The notes under the pieces: model-generated
The model's database searches: none
The model's input: the letters and a program-made list of their open reading frames with translations, nothing else
What the model was told of the DNA's origin: nothing
Shown here: positions 1 to 8,883 of the stretch, one piece after another
Layout: every line of letters starts with the position of its first letter
Numbering within the stretch: position 1 is the first letter of the stretch
Source: an uncultured Spirochaetota bacterium
GTDB lineage: Bacteria; Spirochaetota; Brevinematia; Brevinematales; JAOACQ01
Reading direction: 5' to 3'
Assembly: GCA_963783575.1 (NCBI GenBank)
Contig: CAWAOD010000004.1
Span: 1 to 64,000, forward strand
Length of the DNA stretch: 64,000 nucleotides
Translations under genes and position numbers: made by a program

Positions 1-411
1 AAGGTCGGCGATGTTGAGGGAATGATGAATTTCTGTATACCCTATATCACAATCGAGCCGATTATTTCAAAACTGTCGGCGCAGTTCTGGTATTCCAGCA
101 TCAGAAAAGGGACATCGTCCGAAAATTTGAATCTGATCAAGGAGCAGATATCGGATGTTCCGATTGATGTTATTGTCAAATTAAGTGAAACGGAACTTAA
201 TTTCAATGAAATTGCAGCAATAAGACAGGGCGATGTAATCCGCTTGAAAGATTCGACAAAATCCGATGTTGATGTTTTAATCGGCGATGGAGTAAAATTC
301 AAAGGCAAACCTGGCGTTATCGGCAAAAGGAGAGCCATTCAGGTTAAGGAAGTGCTTTCCACAATAACGGAGGATATGCTCCAGGATATTTTAATGGGTG
401 ATGAAGGATAA
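1..411 (+). CDS. fliM: Flagellar motor switch protein FliM, C-terminal part (5'-truncated by window edge)
   Basis: GMMNFCIPYITIEPI motif plus SpoA/FliMN_C domain; directly upstream of fliY. Confidence 0.92.
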   Translation, partial: KVGDVEGMMNFCIPYITIEPIISKLSAQFWYSSIRKGTSSENLNLIKEQISDVPIDVIVKLSETELNFNEIAAIRQGDVIRLKDSTKSDVDVLIGDGVKFKGKPGVIGKRRAIQVKEVLSTITEDMLQDILMGDEG

Positions 412-580
412 AATTAGTTGCTAGTCAGAGGCTGATTTACCTGATATTTTAGTATTAAAAAAGAAATGGCTTTTAGATATATAAATTTTATTTTTCCGTT
501 TATGAAATTATTTTTTTACCGATAATTTTAAAATATATTATATTTAATGATTTAAAAGTTGATGTTTTATATTTTATGAG

Positions 581-610
581 TGTCATCCTGAGCGGAGTCG
601 AAGGATGACA
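581..610. repeat. REP-like palindrome tgtcatcctgagcggagtcgaaggatgaca
   Basis: TGTCATCCT/AGGATGACA stem around CTGAGCGGAGTCGAAG; related motifs at the IS target 13164/14877 and at 37571-37616. Confidence 0.65.
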
Positions 611-670
611 ATGTTATTATATTAGCGAAAGACAGCTAGTGGATAGCGGCTAAATGACAGGAGGAAACTT

Positions 671-1744
671 ATGAGTGACGGAACTCTTTCACAAGATGAA
701 ATAGATGCGTTATTGCAGGGTACCGATGAATTGATGACGGAAAACATGGGGACAACATCTTCTACAGGTTTTGAAACCGGTAAAAGCGTTTCAAGCGAAG
801 CTCTTTCGGAAAGTGATAAAGCTAATATGGGAGAATTATTAAGAGAGATCGGACAGGCTCAGGCTACAGCTCTTTCGACGCTTACCGGGACAAACTGTAC
901 ATTCAGCTCGCCATTTATAGATTCCGGACAGCTAGAGGTTTTAAAGAAAGATATAAAAGGCAAGGTTCTGGTTGCAAAGATCAATCTTACAGGCGGTGTT
1001 AACGGCGAATGGGTATATATCGTTCCCGAAAAAAGCGTCCTGACTATTACCAATATATTGATAGGCCAGGAAGGTAATAATGAAGTTACCGATCTGGTGA
1101 AAAACACTTTCGGCGAAGTCATAACACAGACAACCGGATCAATGGCCGGTATATTATCTGAAAAACTCGGGAAACAGATAACACCTGGTATGCCAGCCAT
1201 CGACTTTCTTAACGACACATCTCCGGTCAACGTATCCGGCGGGCAGTTTATTGCGCGCATGAATTATGTATTTAATATTCAGGATAAAGGAAGCGCTAAA
1301 TTTTACGCGTTTGTTCCGTTAAGTCTTGTAAGAACTATCTCAGGCTCTTATTCAATGATTAAATCAAGTGTGACGCCACAATACGGCGGGGGCGCTCCGC
1401 AGGGTCCCGGCGTACCTATAAAGTCGGTTGGATTTGAACCATTGCAGGTTGGTGTGGCATCGGAAGCCATGGGCAACATAGCTCTGCTTCTTGATGTCCC
1501 TATGCGAGTCACAGTTGAACTGGGCCGTACAAAAATGACGATAAAGGAAATTCTTGGGCTTGGTGAAGGATCCATCATAGAACTTGATAAACTTGCAGGC
1601 GAACCTGTAGATATTCTTGTGAACGACAAATTGATAGCCCAGGGAGAAGTTGTTGTCATTGACGAAAACTTCGCCGTACGTGTTACAAAAATCGTCAGCC
1701 CGATGGAGAGAATTTTTGATAACCAGGGAGATTCTAAATTTTAA
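671..1744 (+). CDS. fliY: Flagellar motor switch protein FliY/FliN (CheC-like plus SpoA domain)
   Basis: LSQDEIDALL N-terminus; C-terminal LLLDVPMRVTVELG...GEVVVIDENFAVRVT; GGAGG RBS. Confidence 0.9.
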   Translation: MSDGTLSQDEIDALLQGTDELMTENMGTTSSTGFETGKSVSSEALSESDKANMGELLREIGQAQATALSTLTGTNCTFSSPFIDSGQLEVLKKDIKGKVLVAKINLTGGVNGEWVYIVPEKSVLTITNILIGQEGNNEVTDLVKNTFGEVITQTTGSMAGILSEKLGKQITPGMPAIDFLNDTSPVNVSGGQFIARMNYVFNIQDKGSAKFYAFVPLSLVRTISGSYSMIKSSVTPQYGGGAPQGPGVPIKSVGFEPLQVGVASEAMGNIALLLDVPMRVTVELGRTKMTIKEILGLGEGSIIELDKLAGEPVDILVNDKLIAQGEVVVIDENFAVRVTKIVSPMERIFDNQGDSKF

Positions 1745-1779
1745 GCTGTATAACAGTATCAATATTTTAGAAATATACC

Positions 1780-1808
1780 AGGGCGGGATAAAAACCCGCC
1801 CTTTATTA
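1780..1808 (+). terminator. Rho-independent terminator after fliY
   Basis: agggcggg-ataaaaa-cccgccct followed by T-rich tail. Confidence 0.8.
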
Positions 1809-1910
1809 TTAGCTGTATTTCATATATTCCATATCATGAATTAATGGTTTTTAATAATAGCGGGAAATCAAATTTATTTTATTTTCCATCGTATTTCTTT
1901 GCGGGCCGAT

Positions 1911-2588
1911 TTAATTTAAAATCCTTTTTTCAATTATTTCATTCAAATTACTTACTATATAATCAGGAATTGCATTCGTTTGATTTTCTTTATTATATCT
2001 ATTAAGCCAAACCGATTTAATTTTATAATTATTAGCGCCGGTAATATCAATAGCGAGTGAATCACCAATAAGTATAACTTCAGCTGGTTTAAGATTTAAT
2101 TTATTCAATGCATAATCAAATATTTCTCTTCCGGGCTTATAGGATCGAGAATCTTCACTTGTTATAATATCATTAACTTTAATTTTATGATAATTTATGG
2201 CTTCATATAAATCGGCATTATCAATATTTGATATAAGGGCAAAAGGAATATTCAACTTACTAATAAATTCATTAGTATCATTGAATAATCCCGGCTTCTT
2301 CCAATGTTCAAAAAGAATATTACTTAAATATCCGGGATTTTCATTTGAATTAAAATAAGCTAATGTATCCCGAATAGATAATATTTCCAATTCCCGCTGA
2401 GTTTTATAATTGTCACCGTAACTATTTTCAAAATACAGTTTAAATTTATTCCACCAATATTTTGCTATAAAAGCTTTACTTATTTTTGAATTTAAAGAAG
2501 ATAAGATTATATTACAAATATTGTCAATAATATCATCATCTTCATGGACTAAGGTACCATAAAAATCAAGTAATAAACTTTTAATCAT
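1911..2588 (-). CDS. HAD-superfamily hydrolase
   Basis: LLDFYGTL motif I, KP motif III, IGDSLAID motif IV. Confidence 0.88.
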   Translation of the reverse strand: MIKSLLLDFYGTLVHEDDDIIDNICNIILSSLNSKISKAFIAKYWWNKFKLYFENSYGDNYKTQRELEILSIRDTLAYFNSNENPGYLSNILFEHWKKPGLFNDTNEFISKLNIPFALISNIDNADLYEAINYHKIKVNDIITSEDSRSYKPGREIFDYALNKLNLKPAEVILIGDSLAIDITGANNYKIKSVWLNRYNKENQTNAIPDYIVSNLNEIIEKRILN

Positions 2589-2628
2589 AATTTAAACCTT
2601 TTTTATAAAATAATTGCCCATAAATTAC

Positions 2629-2700
2629 GTACAACGGTTATACCGCCGTATTTGCATGCCTTAACGCCGATACGGAGGGCGAGTAAAGCAGATTTATTAT
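2629..2700 (-). repeat. Degenerate attC-like remnant (GTTGTAC core on the minus strand, upstream of the HAD gene)
   Basis: Same CGTACAAC core as at 7082, 17976 and 21348, followed by GC-rich partial stems. Confidence 0.5.
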
Positions 2701-2725
2701 TAGAAATATTCAAAGAATACAATAT

Positions 2726-3673
2726 TTACCCAAATAATGTTAATTTTGAACAAAAATCCTCAAACATTAAACGTATATCCAAGCCGGTATAAACACGAAT
2801 ATTACGTCCCGAAGAATTTATTTCATATAAACCCGAATCATTAATTTTTGGAGCGGATTTTAATATGTATTTGCTTGAGGAGGAATCTGCATTAAAAGAA
2901 GATTGTAAAGCCGTTAGAAGAACCAGCGGACTGTCTCCTAAAATATATGTTTCACCAAGTAGTAAATTACTTTTTTGCGTTAATTTCATCACACTTTCGA
3001 TTTTATTTACCAGGTATTTACCGATTTTTCCTTTAGGTTTTACCCTCAGAAGCAATTCCGAATAGGAAATAACCGCCTGTCTGTATGCGTTTCTCGGAAC
3101 CTGCCATAAAGGAATACCGGAAACATTAAAAATGACCTGCCCGGCTTTTATATCAATACCTAAATTATATTCCAGGCTTGTATATCCCGGGGGCGGCAGC
3201 GCCAAATCGGAATATTCGGGCCCGCCTATCCATACTAAAATCAAACGTTCGGCAATTTTAGGTTCCATAAGATAAGCGCTAGCGATATTTGTCAATCCTG
3301 CGCCGCAAGCTATGTACAATGGTAAATCAGTATCTTTTCTCATCGCTTCCAGAACAATCGCTTTTGCTCCATCGGAAATTTCCGGGGTTTTGAGATCCGA
3401 TAATCCCGAATTTGATCCTTCATAAACCGGAAACTTTTTTTGTAATTTCATAATTTTCAATATTTCATTCACTATTTTACAAGCATTTGCCGCCGTCTCA
3501 ACGGCATCAAAAAAACCGCCGGGCAGAAAACGCGCCCCGATTATTCCCTTGATTTCAACCGAAGGAGATAAAACATGGTGCACAAGTTGAAATAATCCAT
3601 CGGGATCTCCTCCAAAATCATTGTCAATAATCAATCGAATACGGGGTTTGACAGTTTGCCGAATGTTTCTCAT
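2726..3673 (-). CDS. Nucleoside hydrolase-family protein
   Basis: IIDNDFGGDPDG N-terminal motif; EYN and LGDSP motifs. Confidence 0.8.
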   Translation of the reverse strand: MRNIRQTVKPRIRLIIDNDFGGDPDGLFQLVHHVLSPSVEIKGIIGARFLPGGFFDAVETAANACKIVNEILKIMKLQKKFPVYEGSNSGLSDLKTPEISDGAKAIVLEAMRKDTDLPLYIACGAGLTNIASAYLMEPKIAERLILVWIGGPEYSDLALPPPGYTSLEYNLGIDIKAGQVIFNVSGIPLWQVPRNAYRQAVISYSELLLRVKPKGKIGKYLVNKIESVMKLTQKSNLLLGETYILGDSPLVLLTALQSSFNADSSSSKYILKSAPKINDSGLYEINSSGRNIRVYTGLDIRLMFEDFCSKLTLFG

Positions 3674-3694
3674 AAAATTTCCTTTTAATATAAA

Positions 3695-4250
3695 TCATTT
3701 TTGTATCTCTTTTACAATAAATCTACCTTTTTCAATTGAATAATCTATAGAATTATTTATACCATTTTTAAGTATTTTTCTTTTTGTTTTTATATATTCC
3801 CGCTTAATCTTTTCATTTTCTTCTAATAATTTCTTAAAATATAAGAGTTCTTTAACCTCTTTCGAATAATTCGGAACAACATGAATATGAGTTCTAAATA
3901 ATCTATTGGAATATTTAAATGCCCCAGTCCTCATAGGTCTTTCTTCCGGAAACGGATCTCTTGTAATTTGTTTTTGAAATCCTGATTTTTCAAGTTTGGA
4001 TTTTATCAATTCTAATTCCTCATTTGTTTTATAAGTGATAAGAAATATCAATGATTCCTTTTCCATCACAACCTGGAATAGAAGTACTTCCAATATGATG
4101 AATGGTAATTTTTGTAAGTTCAATTTTTATAAAATTCATTAAATATTCCGCTACTTCCGGATAAATAGGATCATATTGTATCAATTTTGCAGGTTGTTCT
4201 TCATATTTTTCGATTTTACAATCCATTTCTATGTCCTGATTTCCCATCAA
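3695..4250 (-). pseudogene. GrpB/UPF0157 nucleotidyltransferase, split by a frameshift near 4040
   Basis: HIGSTSIPG..GKGIIDI in ORF 4029-4250 continues into the HIHVV...EYIKTK ORF 3695-4123. Confidence 0.8.
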
Positions 4251-4269
4251 ATTATTTTCAATATATATA

Positions 4270-4355
4270 TCATCCGGAAAAAATAAAATTTTTTGGAACC
4301 GGATGGAGCGGAAAACTGCTTTCGTAATTAGACTTTTCCTATATAGCTGTTGTAA
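4270..4355 (-). repeat. Truncated attC-like site downstream of the toxin gene
   Basis: GTTGTAA at 4349-4355, 15 bp beyond the toxin stop; adjacent hairpins catccgg..ccggatg and ggaaaa..ttttcc. Confidence 0.55.
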
Positions 4356-4370
4356 GAAGGGCTTGGCCTA

Positions 4371-4709
4371 TTAAAAATCTTTCTTTATTAATCTGTCAAA
4401 TATTATATCTTCAATATTCCTTCTACCATCAATTACTGCAAGTATATAAATATCAAGCTTATCAATCTTGTAAAATATTCTCCATGGATTATCTATTATT
4501 TCTCGATATTGAGTGATATTTAATAATTCCAATTCAGGAATTACTCGCCCTTTATTTGGCATAAATTGTAAATCATCAACTTTCAAAATAATTCGTTTGT
4601 AAATCTGATTTGCTCTTTCAAATCCATCCTTAATTATAAAATCTATGATGCTATTCAAATCTCGCTCTGCAGGTTTTGTCCATTTTACATTGTATTCTAA
4701 ATTATCCAT
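4371..4709 (-). CDS. RelE/ParE-family toxin
   Basis: VKWTKPAERDL...MPNKGRVIPE...WRIFY...DGRRN; overlaps the antitoxin gene. Confidence 0.85.
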   Translation of the reverse strand: MDNLEYNVKWTKPAERDLNSIIDFIIKDGFERANQIYKRIILKVDDLQFMPNKGRVIPELELLNITQYREIIDNPWRIFYKIDKLDIYILAVIDGRRNIEDIIFDRLIKKDF

Positions 4710-4992
4710 TATTTTCAGCTAAGATTTTCATTTTTTGATTCATCTGTTTTTTCAATTCTTCATGTGAAATATAATTTTCATTTTTTATTTCCTGCTCACT
4801 TTCATTTATAAGTTTTAAAATTGAAATAGCATTAATAAGATTTTCATAGCTATCTGTATCAATAATAACTGCTTTTGCATGTCCTTTTTGTGTAATAAAA
4901 ATTGGTCTATGATTAGAATTTACTTGTTTCAAAATATCAGCAGTATGTGATTTGATGAATGAGATTGGTTTTACATCTTCTTTCAATTTCAT
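4702..4992 (-). CDS. Phd/YefM-family antitoxin
   Basis: KPISFIK...RPIFITQKG; own promoter TTGACA-17-TACTAT at about 5017-5045. Confidence 0.88.
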   Translation of the reverse strand: MKLKEDVKPISFIKSHTADILKQVNSNHRPIFITQKGHAKAVIIDTDSYENLINAISILKLINESEQEIKNENYISHEELKKQMNQKMKILAENNG

Positions 4993-5088
4993 AAATTACT
5001 TCTCCTCAGTGCATATATAGTACCAAAATAAGACTAATTTGTCAAATTAATTATATGCGGGTCCGACCTCAAGACATAGGTAACAATT

Positions 5089-5162
5089 CCAGACAGATCA
5101 AAAAAATCAAACTGTTTGGGGATGGAGGATTATTACCTGAAATTAACTTTTTCTACATGGCC
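5089..5162. mobile_element. Orphan right end of the IS1182 element at 21595-23285
   Basis: Near-identical to 23211-23285, ends ctttttctacatggcc, and is again followed by GTTGTACG. Confidence 0.85.
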
Positions 5163-5230
5163 GTTGTACGCTGAAAGTGCACGCGATGTTGGTTGTTCAA
5201 GCGAACCACGGATGGTGAGCTTGAAATTGT

Positions 5231-5902
5231 TTAATTAATTACTTTCTTTATAAAATGGTTAATATAATTTTCAATTAAAGAACTTAAATTTTTTAGGTAT
5301 AGTTGGTATTTTAAGACTTCATATTCGGATAAACCAGGATCGAGATCTTGATGAATTATCAAGTGTCTTTTTTGTAAAATACTATCTAGAATATTAATAT
5401 CAATTTTTTTACCTTCAAAAATATCTTTACCTTCAATCTGCAAAAACAAGTCAATTAATTCTTGTGACCCGGTTTTTCCTATTGGATATTTTGTTTTTAT
5501 CATAAAAGTTGATTGATTTAAATTAGGACTAAAGTGACTTCCTAAGATTTCAATATATTTTTTTATTTTTTCATATTTTGATTGATCGTAAGCTTCATAA
5601 TTAGTTAGTAATTTATCCAATTTTTGTTCAGCGATAAATAATTTAAGAGAATTTAATTTTATAAAATGAGGAAATTTAGTATAGTTCAAATTATTAGATG
5701 TAATATAGTCTTGAAATTCTTTAAGTATGCTTTCTACAAATACTTGAAAACGAGTAACCATTAATGTAACCGCTAATTTTAAGAATAATGTTCTATTATC
5801 AATATTATCTTCTCTTTCTTCATTTTCAGCATATTTAACGAGTGTATCAACTGCAAGTAAAGATATTATAAATTCATTCTTTGACTCACTTAAAAATGCC
5901 AT
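5231..5902 (-). CDS. HEPN-domain protein (MAE_28990/RiboL-PSP-like), putative RNase
   Basis: Rx4H motif KRHLIIH and N-terminal FQVFVE helix; ATG at 5902 overlaps the DUF262 stop. Confidence 0.7.
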   Translation of the reverse strand: MAFLSESKNEFIISLLAVDTLVKYAENEEREDNIDNRTLFLKLAVTLMVTRFQVFVESILKEFQDYITSNNLNYTKFPHFIKLNSLKLFIAEQKLDKLLTNYEAYDQSKYEKIKKYIEILGSHFSPNLNQSTFMIKTKYPIGKTGSQELIDLFLQIEGKDIFEGKKIDINILDSILQKRHLIIHQDLDPGLSEYEVLKYQLYLKNLSSLIENYINHFIKKVIN

Positions 5903-6986
5903 AATTAATTTCCTCAAACCATAACTTTAATCTCGTTTTGATACTTTCATGATCTGATGTTCTTTTTAATATAGCTTCGAAAAATAATGGGTTGTTTACT
6001 AATTTATCTCTTGCTTTAATAATTAAGTCTTTTTTTGATTTTATTTTATTTTTATCTAATCTAGAAAAACTTATTAAAACACAATCCCCATATGCTTTAT
6101 TAATCAAAGTTGAATTTGATGTTGGAAGTCTTAATCCTAGTTCATTACCAAATACAATTTCAATTTTCTCAAAGGTTTCATTAATTAAATTTTCATATTC
6201 AGAAATTTTCTTTTCATCAATATCTTTATTTCTATCCATAAAATCATTTAAAAATGATTTTAAGCTACCACCATAATTATTAATCGAATAATTGCCATTC
6301 TTTCTTACAAATCCCTCATTAAAAGCCAAAAATCTTATTAAAAATTCTATATCAAGAAATCTATCATGAGGCTTTTTTTGATTAAGTAATTTTAATATTA
6401 ATTTTGTTTCAACCATACTTTTTAATTTTGTATTAAGCAATCCTCTATATAAACAATTACGTAATTCTTGATTGTTAAGTGATACAGCACCTCTATTTAA
6501 CCTCATAAAAATATCATATTTAATATCAGGATGGCTATCTTTTTTTATTACATTTATTCTTAGTAGTCCATCTTTAAATAAATCTCTTGGTTTTTGTGGT
6601 AAATCTTTGAATTTTTTTCCATCAAGTTCTTTAATAATTTCAAGTTTTTTAAGGTTATATTCATTTTGATAATAATTTCTTATTGCTAATAATCTTTGTA
6701 AACCATCAACAACAAGCCATTTCCCATTTTCTTCTTCAGAAAAATATAAGGGTGGAATAGGAACATTCATAATAAGAGATTCAATTAATAGAGAACATTT
6801 GTCATCTGTCCAAACTTTATTTCTTTGAAATGGAACCTCAAGAATAATTTTTGGACTTTCTCCAGACATTAATGACCAAATATAATCGACTGAATAATCA
6901 TAAGAAGCTGTTTCAAGTTTTCTTTTTTCTTTAGGAATATCACGTATATTATCTTCTTCATCTAAAAAAGTCTTTTCTTTTTCCAT
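5886..6986 (-). CDS. DUF262 (ParB/GmrS-like) domain protein
   Basis: FQR..VW, DGLQRL and FMRLNRG motifs; ATG at 6986 with GAGAGGA RBS. Confidence 0.9.
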   Translation of the reverse strand: MEKEKTFLDEEDNIRDIPKEKRKLETASYDYSVDYIWSLMSGESPKIILEVPFQRNKVWTDDKCSLLIESLIMNVPIPPLYFSEEENGKWLVVDGLQRLLAIRNYYQNEYNLKKLEIIKELDGKKFKDLPQKPRDLFKDGLLRINVIKKDSHPDIKYDIFMRLNRGAVSLNNQELRNCLYRGLLNTKLKSMVETKLILKLLNQKKPHDRFLDIEFLIRFLAFNEGFVRKNGNYSINNYGGSLKSFLNDFMDRNKDIDEKKISEYENLINETFEKIEIVFGNELGLRLPTSNSTLINKAYGDCVLISFSRLDKNKIKSKKDLIIKARDKLVNNPLFFEAILKRTSDHESIKTRLKLWFEEINYGIFK

Positions 6987-7082
6987 AAATAATCCTCTCA
7001 ATTTCCAAATCTAATATAAATTAATATAGCGAGGCCAAGGATGGCTGAGCATTTAATTTTCTAGCTTGCGCGCACTTTTTGC

Positions 7083-7116
7083 GTACAACTCAGTATATAC
7101 ACATTGCGTATATTAC
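7083..7116 (-). promoter_or_regulatory. attI-like site of array A
   Basis: AAC-tcagtatatac..cgtatattac matches AAC-tcgatatatac..cgtatattac at the head of array B. Confidence 0.55.
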
Positions 7117-7182
7117 TCAAAGTTTATAGTGATATATACAACAATTACAAAACTTCAATATTGATTCATACAAATTTAAAAG

Positions 7183-7244
7183 TCTTCCGATCAACGGATA
7201 GACATATTTTCATTATAGCATTTTAATTTATTGGTTGTCAAGAA
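7183..7244 (-). promoter_or_regulatory. Cassette promoter (Pc-like) and conserved leader of array A
   Basis: TTGACA (7241-7236), 18 bp, TGcTATAAT (-10 at 7217-7212) pointing into the array; block conserved at 27210-27266. Confidence 0.75.
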
Positions 7245-7381
7245 CAAAAACCTGAACAGCCGGCCATAAACAGAAGGAATTAGTAGTTTAAGCATTCAAT
7301 TAATTATAAAAGAATCGTTTATAAATCTCCCGGCTGTTCTTTTTTACAAGATTTACGGGATAATACAGCGTAGGAAGAATG

Positions 7382-7515
7382 TTACTTTTGCGAGCTGGCA
7401 GGATGCCAGCGTTCCCGCAGATCTGTCCGAAGCACGGATGCGAGTTACGGAGGGACGCAAAAGTCACATTCTTACGAAGCGTTCTTCCCGTCAATACCCC
7501 GCCCTCTCGGGCGTA
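7382..7515 (+). repeat. GC-rich structured intergenic element with several GGA-loop hairpins
   Basis: Outer stem acttttgcg/cgcaaaagt encloses gctggcAGGAtgccagc and gcACGGAtgc; ccgccc..gggcg hairpin at 7499. Confidence 0.45.
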
Positions 7516-7591
7516 ATTTCTCCCGAACATGATCAGAAAAAAAGCAACCTTTTGGAAGGAAAGTATGAAAACATCGTTTTCCGGAATTTTG

Positions 7592-8869
7592 CTACCCCTT
7601 GTTCCTCTTCTGATACCATCTTGCCAGGTTGATAAGAAGCGACGGAAGCACAATTCTTTCGGTGATATTATTATAACGAACGGTCTGCAACAGATTGCCG
7701 ATATCGGAAACAATTTCATGTATTTCTCCGGTATGCGTATTCGGAATGATTCTTAACGAGAGCTTTTTATATTCTTTGTCGATAAATTCCGTGTAATCGG
7801 ATTTACGGATATATTCCTGGCGGGCAAGGTGAAGATTTCTGTAAAATTCTATCAATTCCTGCATAAACAGCAAAGACAATTTATTATTTTCCTCGGAAGT
7901 GATTTCTTCAATAAAAGAAAATATTTCGGTTTCATACTGGATCTTTGGCGCTATCCTGCTGAAAAAATCTATAACCCTGTCCCTTTTTTTTTGAGTATAA
8001 TGATAAATACCGTCTTCCATATAATCAACCGTATTGAAGAAATTTCCTTTAATTTCAGCGCCGAATATTTTCTTAAGTATTGACGGAGAAAGCTTATTCA
8101 TTTTTATGATGACAGAGCGCGACAAAATTGTCGGCAGTATGTTGTCGATGCTGTTTGCGGTAAGGATAATGATGCTTCTATCTGAAGGCTCTTCGAACAG
8201 TTTCAGGCCGGAGTTTTGAGCTTCCTCCGTTGCATTTTCAAAATTTCCGATGACGCTGACTTTATAATCATACTGTGATTTCAGAGAATTGAAAGCTATC
8301 AAATCACGGACGAAATCTATCGGGATACGTTCTTTTTTTGAGACTTCATCCGATACTATTATGCAGTTTTCAACAAATGCAGTATTTCCAGACATTTCTT
8401 CAATAAATTTTCCGTTGATCAAAATCTCTTCCAGATCATTCCTGAAGTCAGCTATCCCATATGCCTCGGATTTACTTCCTTTCTGTTGACCGGCCTTTTT
8501 GATTTTTTTTAATTTAATGGAGCTTTTACCGGTCTCGTTATATGCGATGGAATTGGATATTCTTCCCAAGAGGTAGTAAAAATACTCAACGGCTTTATTA
8601 TGGAGCGCCTCTACGTTGATATTGTTTATAAAAAATCGTGTTTTCAATGAAAAATCATCATTACGGTAAAATTTAAAATCTGCGGATAAGAAGGGATTTT
8701 TATTCAGAATGTCTCTTGCAAAATCGGCGGCAAGCGAGAATTTCCCGGTTCCCTTATCGCCGAGAAGTATAAGAGTCCGTCCGCGGGTTTGTTCCCGGCG
8801 TATTTTTTCAAGGATCGCGGCGGCCTGGTCCTGGCCGATAATCCCGTTCATAACTGCATTTTCACCCAT
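7592..8869 (-). CDS. holB: DNA polymerase III delta-prime-like AAA+ clamp-loader subunit, with a long insertion
   Basis: IIGQD, GDKGTGK, EAQNSGLKLFEEP, ILPTILSRS. Confidence 0.75.
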   Translation of the reverse strand: MGENAVMNGIIGQDQAAAILEKIRREQTRGRTLILLGDKGTGKFSLAADFARDILNKNPFLSADFKFYRNDDFSLKTRFFINNINVEALHNKAVEYFYYLLGRISNSIAYNETGKSSIKLKKIKKAGQQKGSKSEAYGIADFRNDLEEILINGKFIEEMSGNTAFVENCIIVSDEVSKKERIPIDFVRDLIAFNSLKSQYDYKVSVIGNFENATEEAQNSGLKLFEEPSDRSIIILTANSIDNILPTILSRSVIIKMNKLSPSILKKIFGAEIKGNFFNTVDYMEDGIYHYTQKKRDRVIDFFSRIAPKIQYETEIFSFIEEITSEENNKLSLLFMQELIEFYRNLHLARQEYIRKSDYTEFIDKEYKKLSLRIIPNTHTGEIHEIVSDIGNLLQTVRYNNITERIVLPSLLINLARWYQKRNKG

Positions 8870-8883
8870 ATTGAAATATCCCC

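Larger units (their letters stand above)
5163..7089 (-). mobile_element. Gene cassette A1 (DUF262 + HEPN)
   Basis: Bounded by GTTGTACGC (5163) and GCGTACAAC (7089) with extended inverted ends. Confidence 0.8.

Noticed and set aside
5061..5086. Possible IS481-like terminus (ctcaagacataggtaaca)
   Set aside because: Only about 20 bp with no partner end in the window; cannot be supported.
7300..7719. 139-aa ORF and overlapping small ORFs
   Set aside because: Shadow of the holB 3' end and a structured intergenic repeat.
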